Shown: positions 14,735 through 26,173 of the stretch, piece after piece
Numbering within the stretch: position 1 is the stretch's first letter
Layout: every line of letters starts with the position of its first letter
From: Trichoplax adhaerens
Lineage: Eukaryota > Animalia > Placozoa
DNA length: 64,000 bases
Direction: 5' to 3'
Assembly: GCF_000150275.1 (NCBI RefSeq)
Contig: NW_002060987.1
Coordinates: 1 to 64,000 of the forward strand
Position numbers and translations under genes: made by a program
Notes under the pieces: generated by a model
Told to the model about the DNA's origin: nothing
Database searches by the model: none
What the model saw: the letters and a program-made list of their open reading frames with translations, nothing else

Positions 14735-15230
14735 ATGAACATTACTTCTTGCTATGTAACAATCTACAACAGATACATCATCCTCTATATAGTATATTGC
14801 CGCCTTTCTGGGCATAGTACAGTTATCACTTGAACCATTTATCTAGAAATCATGGTAAAATTATTACAATTATCATTACCCGAGTTAGTGAACATTACTT
14901 CTTACTAAGTTATAATCTGCAATAGATACCGAACCTCTAACACCTATTTCTGGGTATAGGGTTGTCTTATAAACTGTGCTGCAATTCTTCCAGCTTTACT
15001 ATCAAGAAGATTTATCACTGATAACCCCCTTTCAGCATCGGTTCTAGGACAATTTTCTCCTGGGCAGCTGTTGAAGCAATAGGTGAAACAGGTGTTGCTA
15101 ATACGTCATAGTCAGCACCGAAAGTAAGAACTAAATACTGTACTATACCATGAGTAAGATCCTTCCGTCGAAGGTCATTGATCTGTTTGGTTGATTCATA
15201 CGATTTGTTCCCTGCATCGACCTAAAATTA
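14735..15230 (-). pseudogene. Decayed duplicate of the KDM1A/LSD1 last exon and proximal 3' UTR (copy 3, best preserved)
   Basis: GTTGAAGCAATAGGTGAAACAGGTGTTGCTAATACGTCATAGTCAGCACCG (15070-15120) aligns to GTTGAAGCATTAGGTGAAACAGGTGATGCCATTATGTCATAATCTGCACCG (19957-20007). GGGTATAGGGTTGTCTTATAAACTG...AATTCTTCCAGCTT aligns to 19781-19825. 14738-14817 aligns to the 3' UTR/stop region 19712-19788. Confidence 0.85.
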
Positions 15231-15651
15231 TCTTTTTGTTTGCATTTTATGCATGGTATCGTTAACAATATTTCTTCGCTTTCCAACGCTGTTGGATGGA
15301 ATTTTGAAGAATAAATCAGATCGCTGATTATCATTTTTCCTTTTTATTTTAGGGTTTATTAGAAGGAGACCATCGACTCATAGTGTAAACAGTCACATAG
15401 TCAAGTATTCAGTTTCAATTTTCTTTCAAATTTATTACCAGAGTCTGCTCGAGACTAATAAATGGATACATATCACAGCCATTAAATTCTTAAGTCCACG
15501 TTTAAACGGATTTAAAATGATGGTAAAACAATGTTTCATTATATTTATAGCACTAATTTTACTAATACAGTTTACTATAACAATCAATTCTTTGCTATTT
15601 ACATATTTTGTGGAACGACTGCCTTATCTAAAAAGTTTCATCTAAAGGAAA

Positions 15652-17511
15652 TTAATGTTCACACAGACTTATAGTCTCGTCATAGTTTGCCTGTAAAAGT
15701 ACCTTTTTTCTTTCTTCTATTATCTTCTCGAAATGGGCCATATCGTATAAAGGAGGACTATTATCCTTTTTTTCTGAAATATGGTTTGCGGGGTCTACTA
15801 AAAAATAACAGAGTATCCTTCTCATTCCATCTGATTTTGCGGTGAATGGTAATACCTTATGTTGATATTTGTTAAAGAATACGATACATCTGCCTTTTTT
15901 AGCTTGTAACGATCCAATTGGCTTGATTGTCGATTCGCTGTCATGTACATCATTTATCTCTGCAACTGGGTCATGGAAATTCTGTTGATAAGACGTCAAA
16001 TCTTCGAATTCGTCAATCCATTTCCTAAATGCCAATCTTGACGTATATATTCCTTGAATATCGGTATAACATACAGCACTGGCAACTATTTTTTCATTTG
16101 TTGTTCCTTCCACATGCCAACTTCCACCTGGGTATGATTCTCCCTTTTTTAACCTTATTTCTGCGATTTTAACGATGACTTGAAGTTTTCTATTTCGAAG
16201 GCTTATTTTATTATGTTTAGAATCATCTTCATCATATGAACGCTTTCTGGATGATTGGTAATAACAATCATTTGCGTTTAAAACATCTTCAAAAGCGGGC
16301 AGTACATCTTTTAATGAGGAAGTTATTGAATCGTAAATGGCCTTGTCTAAATCTCTCGATAAATTTCCGATGTTTCCTGAGATAGCTATGTTTCCCAAAT
16401 CGTCTACAGTGACATCTACTGCTGGCCATTGATATTTAGACGAAATAGAAGCAGTTTGTAAGAAATACAAACTCGAGGGCATATTATTCCAGTCTTTACT
16501 CGGAGCAATTCCGTGGATAATAGGATCCAATGAAGGATGAACAATATCTAAAACCTTTCCGTCCGATCCCGGATGCCAAACTTCTTTAAACCGATCAGAT
16601 AATAGATATTTGTCTACGGCTTCGTTAAAAGTTATATAGGATAAATCATCTTTCGTAACAATTCCTTCGGATTGGAGTAAGGAGTCGCCGCATACCTTTC
16701 TTTCCCCTCGCAAACGTAACAAATCTGATATCGCCCGTCTGATTTCTGCCTCCTTGTATTTTTCTGCATTTTGTAACTCTTGCTTCCATTTTTCACAATA
16801 TTTGAAGATTTTACTCTCCCAGTCAACCTTTGCCATACAAGCATCTTTGATAGCCACGACATTAGAATTATTACTAGGGATTCGCCAAGTATCTATAAAT
16901 ACCCGGATAAGGTATCTGGCTAATTCAGGATCTTCGTAGAAAGTCGGCTCCATCATAGGATGATGTTGGTAATTTCCTTGCAATTGAAGAAGATAATGCA
17001 CTACATCATAACATTGACCACGACAAGCCCAGCGGAAACCTTGATAGTTCCGGACAGAAACATCTACACCAATCGCTACCAGTTTTTCAAGTGAGTTCAG
17101 GCTTCCGTGGTGACATGCCCATCTCCATGCGTATTCATCTTTAACGCCAATAATTTCTTCCCAATATTTTTTCGGAATATTTTCACTCATATCAAATCTA
17201 AAAGCTAACATGGTGAAATTGACCCTCGACGTCTTTTCCATACGCGGTAGAATACGACTATTTATAAAATTGATTACAGATTCTATAGCCCTACTGTAAC
17301 TGGTACCGTTGTAGGTATCTGTGCACTCTTTGAAAAAGATGATCCACCCATCATCATCTTCAATATCTATATCAAATAAATCTGCTATTTCCTTTTTGCG
17401 TTCTTCTGAAGATTCATCGAAGAATTGTTCTACTCCCTTCAGGCTTTCTTCTTCAATGCTATCCAACTCTCCATATTTCATGTTTTCAATCAATTCTTTT
17501 ACTTGTTCCAT
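15652..17511 (-). CDS. Intronless 619-aa protein: acidic N-terminus, about 2 ankyrin repeats, DUF4246 (2OG-Fe(II) oxygenase-like) domain
   Basis: Ankyrin segment YAWRWACHHGSLNSLEKLVAIGVDVSVRNYQGFRWACRGQCYDVVHYLL. DUF4246 hallmarks WHPGSDGKVLDIVHPSL, SKYQWP, LQVIVKIA, YPGGSWHVEG, NEKIVASA, GRCIVF, QHKVLPF, RRILCYFLVDP and terminal LCEH. Confidence 0.9.
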   Translation of the reverse strand: MEQVKELIENMKYGELDSIEEESLKGVEQFFDESSEERKKEIADLFDIDIEDDDGWIIFFKECTDTYNGTSYSRAIESVINFINSRILPRMEKTSRVNFTMLAFRFDMSENIPKKYWEEIIGVKDEYAWRWACHHGSLNSLEKLVAIGVDVSVRNYQGFRWACRGQCYDVVHYLLQLQGNYQHHPMMEPTFYEDPELARYLIRVFIDTWRIPSNNSNVVAIKDACMAKVDWESKIFKYCEKWKQELQNAEKYKEAEIRRAISDLLRLRGERKVCGDSLLQSEGIVTKDDLSYITFNEAVDKYLLSDRFKEVWHPGSDGKVLDIVHPSLDPIIHGIAPSKDWNNMPSSLYFLQTASISSKYQWPAVDVTVDDLGNIAISGNIGNLSRDLDKAIYDSITSSLKDVLPAFEDVLNANDCYYQSSRKRSYDEDDSKHNKISLRNRKLQVIVKIAEIRLKKGESYPGGSWHVEGTTNEKIVASAVCYTDIQGIYTSRLAFRKWIDEFEDLTSYQQNFHDPVAEINDVHDSESTIKPIGSLQAKKGRCIVFFNKYQHKVLPFTAKSDGMRRILCYFLVDPANHISEKKDNSPPLYDMAHFEKIIEERKKVLLQANYDETISLCEH

Positions 17512-17669
17512 TTTGTATCCAGCAACAAAAACAATTTCAGTGAAGATGATAACCTAGATAGCGCTTAAAACTCTCTTAACTTGATGCAGTTTATAGGTGC
17601 AATTAGAAGCAAAGATGAAATTTATTTTGCTGCTTAAACCATTGAAATGAGTCAGTTTGCAACTAGCAG

Positions 17670-17788
17670 ATACTGTATACTGTACAGTACTGCATAGTAC
17701 AGTATAGAGTACAGTACTATACACGGTATACAGTACAGTATGTACTGTACTGGACTGGAGTGGATGGTACTGTATACTGTACTGTACA
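17670..17788. repeat. ACAGT/ACTGT pentamer-rich microsatellite upstream of the intact ANK-DUF4246 gene
   Basis: Dense TACTG/TACAG units 160-280 bp upstream of the ATG at 17511. Confidence 0.85.
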
Positions 17789-19760
17789 GCAACTAACGAA
17801 TAAAATAAATGATGCAGGCTGGATCATGCCAGCATCGTTATTTGGAGTTAATTACCCTAACTGCGTACGCAACCCTAACCCTAAAAAATCTCCCGCAAAA
17901 ATAGGCTGACAGATTCCGTAAATTCCAACGTTTTTAAGTCATCGTACAAAATACAGTACTGTACAGAGTCTTGTAGTAACAACTACAGTATTAGCTACTC
18001 AACTATCAAACTATCCAGAAAGTTTTGTTTGCTGAATGTTGAAAACTCTATTGTTATCTATTTCCATACGCTTATGACCAACTGTACATTCTGTACAGTA
18101 CAGTATAGTAGCTAGAGATAAGCATTTTTTTAGTAAAAGAGTAATACGCACCCGGTCTTCTACCATATACAGTACTGTACTGTGCTTTATTAGCTCTGAA
18201 TATACGCGTATATGAATTATAATTGAAATAAAAATAGGCTGCTTTACTCATAACATTATTATAAAATAGCTGTTTACTAGCAAATCTCATTTAATCGATT
18301 TCATAGGAAATTAAAGTGCTATATAAAGTTGGGATTATATTGTTGGCCTAATTCTGTGTTCTTAGAAATTGTACTTCGGCTGGATATATAATATAAGTTA
18401 TAATATAACACAGACCTCTGCTCTATCTACCGCACGGAAGTAAAGTGTAAATAACAGAAAATACTTACAGTATTATTTTCTGTGTTAGTAAGAGCCAATA
18501 TCATAAGATGAGAATAAGCAAGCTAGAATTGCTCTATTACGAAATTCATCGGGTAGTAATGTCTATAATAGACGAGATGATTTAAATGATCTTCGAACAC
18601 AATTATTTATTCGTCTACATTGGTAGCAAAGTCTTAATAATCTCTAATTAGAGATTAGCATCGGGAGGGTCAATTTGGTGTAATGTGTTTATGTACGTAC
18701 ACTTGTTCATTTTATCGCGCGTTAGCATAGAAAGTATTTCAGTACTTCAATATTCTTTCGGAAATAACTCGCGCGACACTGTCTAAAATCTATCGAATGT
18801 CACGTAGAATGTATAATAAGTATAATAAAAAAAATATTTCCTAAACGCTTAGAAATATGGACTTGCAATTTAAATGAGTCAGACCATCGATGAATAATCA
18901 AGATTCATAATTTCTTCAGAATATTAAATAATAAATTTATGCAGAAAATAATCATGTAAAATACTTTGGATACCGTTAATTAGAATGGATACCGAACGTT
19001 TTTACAACATTTAAAGCCACGTATAGTTATCTACTCCTATAATGTGACTACTGTACTTAATTCGTTAACTAAACTCCATTTAAAGTATACTCTGAGATAT
19101 TAGCTCATTAGATTGATTTCAAATATCGAAAATGTTTATTTTGATTGCGCAATTTCACACAGTGAACTTACTATGTGTAAATTAAGAAAATCGAAATCTT
19201 CCCAGTACTACTTTAACGAAATTGGAAACATAAATAAGCTACAAAATAGAACTGCCCATAGCTAGCCTTGTCGCAATACACATAGGAACGTGTATACAAG
19301 CATATGTGCTTGCTGAAAAAGGAAATCTGAAAACTTACTGTATCTACTCGTATATTAACAGGTCAGGATAAAGCATTGGGATTAGATTATTTTATATCAG
19401 ATCATATGTCGCCAAGGCTACCCTTTAAATATCGTGGGCATTTTAAAGCTTTATCGTTTGTTGAATATGTCCGATGGCAAACAACATTATTCGACAACGG
19501 AAATTATGAAGGAGCCTCGATGATATAGTTAATATATAAACCTTATCTAGAAGACAATATAATTAGTTATCACCGTACTTGTACAGAAATAACAGAATGG
19601 CTAGGTAAAATGTAATTTCTATACTTACAATGATATCTACATTGATCGGCATTTTCAAAGTCAAAAAAAATGTACATGAAATAGACCTTGAAGTATGAAC
19701 ATCCAATATGAATAACATTAATTTTAGATATCTAACAAGCTACAACAGGCATATCGTCCT

Positions 19761-22700
19761 TTATACATTGCTGTCTTCCGGGGCATAGGGTTGTCCAATA
19801 AACTGATCTGTAATTCTTCCAGCTTCTCTTAAACCACTCAAAATCGCCCCATGTACCGTGGCAGGATAATTTCTACAAGTATGTTCACCAGCAAAAAAGA
19901 CTCGTGGCTGATTAGGACCTTTTTCAACAGTACCTAAAGGCGTTCGGTTTGCAGTTGTTGAAGCATTAGGTGAAACAGGTGATGCCATTATGTCATAATC
20001 TGCACCGGAAGCGTGAACCCCGACATATGAATAAGATCCTTTCGAAAAAGGGTCACTAAACCATCGTGAAATACAGGTTTCCTTTGGCTAGAATTGTAAT
20101 TATAATCAAGCATTATAATTATCGCAAAACAAGTTGATGTCTAAAAGGATTTCTAATAGCAGAACCTTACCTGCGGTACATTATTAGCACCAAAGATACC
20201 TTTCAGGATTGCTACGGTTCGAGCGACAATAGTATCGTCGGAAATGTTTTCAATCGCTTCAGCAGCTTCGCCAGCGATTAGAGCGATTAAAACTGGACTT
20301 CGTTTCGTTGACCAAAATAAGAAAAGCTCACCTCTATCGCTCGTACAGGAATTTACATGGCCAAATAAATTGCTTTTCGAGTTCCAGAATATGCTTTCGA
20401 AACACAGTACAACCTTCGTTCATTTGAGGTGCAGATACAATTAGTGACGGGGAAAATCATGTTCAAATAATACTATAAATTACGGTTATTAAGATGGTAC
20501 CTTGTTAAGATTTCCGTACCCAAGCCTCTTAATGCCATTTGTCTTCCATTCAGGAAGAGGAGGATTAAATTGTATTAAAGAAGGATTATACTTATAGATT
20601 CCCAGTGGAACAGTCATCAGGACAGCATCGCCGCAAAATTTAGTTGTAGTATTGTCACTGCCGCCACTTTCATAGTTTGACTGCGTTATGATTTCTACTC
20701 CTGAAATATTCACATAATAATGTCGGCTTTATCACGGAAGAGAAGTTGATGGATAGAGATACAAAACAGTGCCATAGTACTATAACTAGAGACAATTCTC
20801 ATTTTAAGGCTAAAATACCGTACCTCTTTCATTGTAATTGATATTTCTTACGGTTGTATTTAGCTTTATATTTAATCCATCAGCAAGGGCTTCAGGAACA
20901 CATGAATAGCCATTTTTTACAATCAAGTGAGCACCAGAAAATTCGAAATCATCATCTTGATCCCAATATTTCAGAGATAGCCTTTTTAGTGGACATGCAT
21001 TCGCAAACTCCAAATTGGCAAAATGCCAATTTAGTATTTGGCAGTCTCTTGGAGATAGGTACACATCACTAGCAAATGTAAAGGATGGTATTACTTATAC
21101 TTATCCAAACATAAGAACACTAAAAGACATCAAAATTTTTTATTTTGAATGTAACATAAATCGCAATTAAATCGTACCTTGGTGGGTTTGATTCCAAAAG
21201 AGATAATTTCTGTTGAATTTCCTGTTGTTTACTAAGAAGTGAATCATGCTCCTGGAAAAACAGAGACCATATGAGGCATAAATGAGAAATACTATCCAAG
21301 TGAAAGTGTAGCAGAAGCGTTGCTACACTGCTACAATTTCCCAATAAGACATAATCGAAACAAACTATCTGATGGTCTTTTTACCTTAAATAAAGATACT
21401 AATTCTCTAGCTTTGCTTCTAGCTTGAAATTCATTGTCAATACTGCTGTAAAAAATACCAATTCCTCAGCACTGATATCAGTATTTCAAGACTAGATTCC
21501 TTACTACCATAGCATTTTGAGTTAGCTAGCGATACCTTACAACTCACCTTGGCTGTTTCTTGGCATCAACACCAACGTGTTCTCTATGTATTTGAACGAT
21601 ATCAGTCTGCACAGTAATCAACTAAATATCACAAATGTAAGTAGCATTCGTATCAAGAATAGTATTATTCCAAGAATGAATATTAAGAAGAATTTCAAAT
21701 ACCTGTCTCTTGACAGCTAGACATTGGTCCTGCAGCTCATTGATTCTTTTATAATGTTGAATCAAATCTTCTTTCACTTGTCGCTCTCGAAGTCTAAAAT
21801 CGTTATCGATTATAGCTACTTAGTCATCCAAAAAAGCACAAGTACATTACAAATAATGCTGGATTTGTATGAGAAAACTAAGTAATGATAGCGCTAGATT
21901 CACACAGTATCTACTACTAACAGCCTTACAAAATTCAGTAATCAGTTTAATTTCTGTTTTCTAAGAGTATAAATATTACGTATACACACGATATCTAACC
22001 TCTATAAACAACATCATTGATCAATTATATTATCACGCATACAAAACTTAATTTTGTAATAGGATAATCAATTAAAGCTAAATATGCGTGCAGTTGAAAG
22101 AATATTCATTCTATTACTGTATTGATCATATAAAATAGTCTCTCAACCTATGCTGTTCAATTCAATGATTGATCAATGCAGTCCAAATGCTCAAAGGCAA
22201 CTTACTTAATCATAAGTTCTAAAGCTTCTCCTAAAGAAATTGGTTTATCGTCTACGCTATTAAAATCTATTTGATGGGACATATACGAAGTTGCTTCTAG
22301 TAAGCGATTGAATTCAGTTTCCACCATGTTATCTTTATCTTTGGGCACCAGAGAAGAGTAGGACTAATCAAATAGTTTAATACTTTATAAGTGTTGCATT
22401 CAACTATGACTGAATGAAATTAACGATTATTACTTACCATTTTCCCACTAGTTTCATAAAGTGGACAATCCTGCTTGATTCTTGATAATTCCATAGATAT
22501 CTGCTTAGATAAAATATCTATCGGATTTCCGCCTAAATATATGAACATATGCTACATTTATCAATTCTGCCATCAAATATGACATGCTACTGTACAAGGA
22601 TGATGAAATGATGTATCAATTATTTATTAAAAACTCGAAGATACCTAAGCCTGTTATAACCATGGCTCCAAGATCAGCAACCCAGCTTCCTTTAGAAAAC

Positions 22701-24963
22701 GTATTAATCCTTCCACCGACTCTATTCTGTACAGAAAGGAAATAAAACCGGTTACCAATCTGATTAATAGCTATCTGCAAAGGAAAGGACTGTACGTACC
22801 CTCCCTTCAATTACTATGACATCGATGCCAAATGATTGTAGTTGTCGAGCTGCAATTAAACCTGATGCACCGGCTCCAACAATTAAAACGGTTGTTTTTG
22901 TAGCTGTAGAGTTAATATAAAGCAAGTAAGAAAATCATTTTAAGTGCTAGTACAGATGGTCTTTAATTATAATTAATAACCCTGGAAAATAGTAAACATA
23001 CATGTAGGTCTCTTAAGGAGTCTGTAAATACCAAAATTAATCAATCCATAACGCGTTAAATAGCCATGCAAACGCGTTATAAGGTGCCTATTATCTAGAA
23101 AATTTTCAGAAATTTTTGATTCATATTTGTAGGATTCTAAAATATCATTAATATGCTATTTTGATGTATAATACAATTATTTATCGATATTATACTTACT
23201 ATTATACGGTGCCTGAAATTGTGGAATGGCTGCTTCGATAGTAAGTTCTACCTTGGGATTATTAAGCCATAATTCCAACTAGAGATGATTTAATACATGA
23301 AATTTATCACATGATCATTTCTATCATCTAAGAGCATCTGACGATAACGAACAATTTATAAAATATTAACTTTAGTTAAGATTACCAAGCGATTCCGAAT
23401 GTATAAAAATGTAGACTTTAGTGAATTGTTTTGAGCGATATCAGGAAAACAATTCATCTCTTGAGGTGTAATTTGATCATGTGGCAAGCGACTTCGAAAG
23501 GCTGCTCCTTCCATTCCTAATCAATTACAAGTTATGAAGTATCAGCCATTAATGGTTCATAAAGACCATGGAATAATGATGATGCAATGTTACTTTCGTT
23601 AGTATTTGAAGTTTTTTACCTTCAGGAATTTCTCCATACTGATCGTCTTCATTAATGGAAGCATCAGAAAATTCTGGTGATAGTTCATCTTCAGTTAATT
23701 GAGCTAATTTCTCGTCCATTTCTCGATATTCAACCTACATTATGAAAGGAATTTACGGAATTATTAAAGGGGCATTTTCTATACCTGCAATGAAGCAGTT
23801 ATATAAAGTTTATAAGCCTTTGAGTAAAATCAATTCATACTGTATTATAACTTAAGCAAAATACTTTGTTGTTAGCAAAAAATAATTAATAACAGGAAAA
23901 GAGTAATATTTAGTCACGACAACGAGGGTACAGTAAATTGACCATAGTAATAATTTCATTAAAGGGAAACATGAATGATTAATCCACTTAATTAAGCGCT
24001 AATCGCGTAGTATTAGTTGCTAAGGTTATGGTTATACGTGTGGTATACTCGTATGTTGATGGGAAATGGCACTTGTAGATCAGCAGTTCCGTTCAATACA
24101 CTCGAGTACAAGAGGCAGGAATGCAAAGAGCGTTATCTCCCCCATAGATGAGTGTAATTGTACCGAATGTATTGGTAGATTGTTGACCACTTGGTAATAA
24201 ACAGTTAACGAAGGATTATAGCAGAATACTTCGGTGTTGACTGTTTATGACTCTAATTCGAATGGATTTGATGTGTCATTGTAGCCACGCATTCACTGTT
24301 CAATCGAATAGTTACAATGCTATGACTTTTTTTTGTATGCAACCTGAAGAAACAAACTGCATATTGCCGGCCCGCGTCAGATCAGATTTTAGAAACGTAT
24401 ATTACATACCATACTACAATCAGTGGCACCAACTGCCCTACATACATTTCAATGTTGCATTTATCAGTGATTGTGCCACTAGAAAGATCAGACATGGGGA
24501 TATTTTCTCTCGCCGCATTATTGCATTCAACATTATACGCAAAGTAAAGCACTTTCCATTTCTTGATAATAACCCTTATACCAATACTGTAACTATGGTA
24601 AGTCTGTCAGGTAGATTTAAACTGCCAGTTAGTTATCTTCGATTGAACAAGGAATAATAGTATTTTAGCTTGCTAACTACATTTCCTGTGGAGAATGTTG
24701 AACGTTATATTGATGCAATAGATCAAGTGCAATGTTAATGGTGAACAATGTACCGTTATTGGGAAAGTGGACATGTCTATTCTGGGACATCTATTAAGTG
24801 TTTTCAGTACTTTGTTTTTCGATAGTGACTGGTGTATTATGATGTATACCTTGGGTCGTTTTCGCTGGCTTTGACGGCGTGTTATTACATCTTCTTCGTC
24901 GCTGTTTCTCGCACCTGGAGAAAGCCACTTATTTTCTGGTACGCTTTGTTTGCTTCCGTTCAT
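19761..24963 (-). CDS. KDM1A: Lysine-specific histone demethylase 1 (LSD1), multi-exon
   Basis: Spliced translation gives RKRPK|[34 protein letters not shown]...[15 protein letters not shown] motif [31 protein letters not shown], tower helices, [21 protein letters not shown] (catalytic Lys) and [30 protein letters not shown] introns; first coding exon 24850-24963, last 19761-20087. Confidence 0.96.
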
Positions 24964-25585
24964 CTTCTCTCAGTCTACTCTAAATGATGACTATGATGAA
25001 CCCATTTGATAACGTTAACACTGATCCATGTTACAATCAATCTACTCCATTACAAGTTGACAACGTCCATGATTACATCTATACCTCACTACATTAACTA
25101 TCGGTATACTGACTGAATTTCAATTCAAAATAGTCAAATTCTCCATCTTCTGATCAGTTGACTACTAGAGGTACTAGAGCATTGATACGAGTAAAACTTG
25201 CATCCCGTACAATGATGATAATGGCAGAATCAATTACCAGTTTCAATGGTTATCCGATTTCTTTCCGCTACCAATGAAAGGATAGTAATATTCTTTCCGG
25301 TAATAGTCCAACAGTTTCTACTTGTTTCTATCAATCCTTCTTCAGTTCTAGGATAAATGAAGTGAGAAATATTCAATTGACTACCTAGACAAAGGGCAGC
25401 TTGAGTCGCAACTTCACCAACACTAACACTACCGTACGATGCACTGCGTATCATGTATCCTACACCAGCTGACTACAGTGACAGCACTAAGCCAGCGTCG
25501 AATCTATTTGAATCGAGTCGATTCAATTTTGCTTGTTTTGCTGATTGGATCAGAGTCCGACTAGCGTCACACCGTACTAAGGCTT

Positions 25586-26030
25586 ACAGTACTTTTACTG
25601 TAGGCTACAGTACAGCACAGTACAGTACAATTTTGACAGTGTACTGTACAGTACTACAGTATAATCGCGTACAGTACAGTACAGTGCTGTACAGCACAGT
25701 ACAAATTTTACAGTGTACAGTACTACAACCACATACTGTACACTGTACAGTACAGTACAGCACAGTACAAACTTCACAGTGTACAGTACCATAATCGTAT
25801 ACTGTACACTGTACTGTACTGTACAGAACATGAAACCTTATTCGTCTGGTACTAGACCTGAGAAAGGTCCGGTTTACAGCATAGTACAGTACAGTATGAG
25901 CCTTTGTGGCCATTGTAGTACTGTACACTGTGTACAGTACAGTATAATAGTACAGTACAGTACTGTACTGTACAAGCTCAACAATTCATGTACTGTACGT
26001 GTGTATAAAAGAAAGCATCACAGTACTGTA
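25586..26030. repeat. ACAGT/ACTGT microsatellite array in the divergent KDM1A/TMEM181 promoter region
   Basis: Dozens of TACAG/CTGTA units in both orientations with a higher-order repeat of about 65 bp. It generates the spurious TVQYS-type ORFs. Confidence 0.93.
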
Positions 26031-26173
26031 CTCTACTGGCTCTCCAGATGGCTCAATGGCAAACTTTTAGTCATCATCGAAAGTAGTTGCGCTTATTGCG
26101 GCTGGAATCACCATTAAGGAATTCTATCTGTCTACATCCATCGTTGAAAAAATTCTTTCTTGTCCATGTAGCC

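Noticed and set aside
24247-24657. 136-aa + strand ORF inside the first coding intron of KDM1A
   Set aside because: No recognisable motif or supporting exon structure.
25586-26030. Repeat array with interspersed unique segments considered as CRISPR-like
   Set aside because: Pentamer microsatellite without constant-length repeats and spacers; eukaryotic context with no cas genes.
25453-26117. Four overlapping ORFs rich in TVQYS/YSTV
   Set aside because: Translation artefacts of the stop-poor ACAGT microsatellite.
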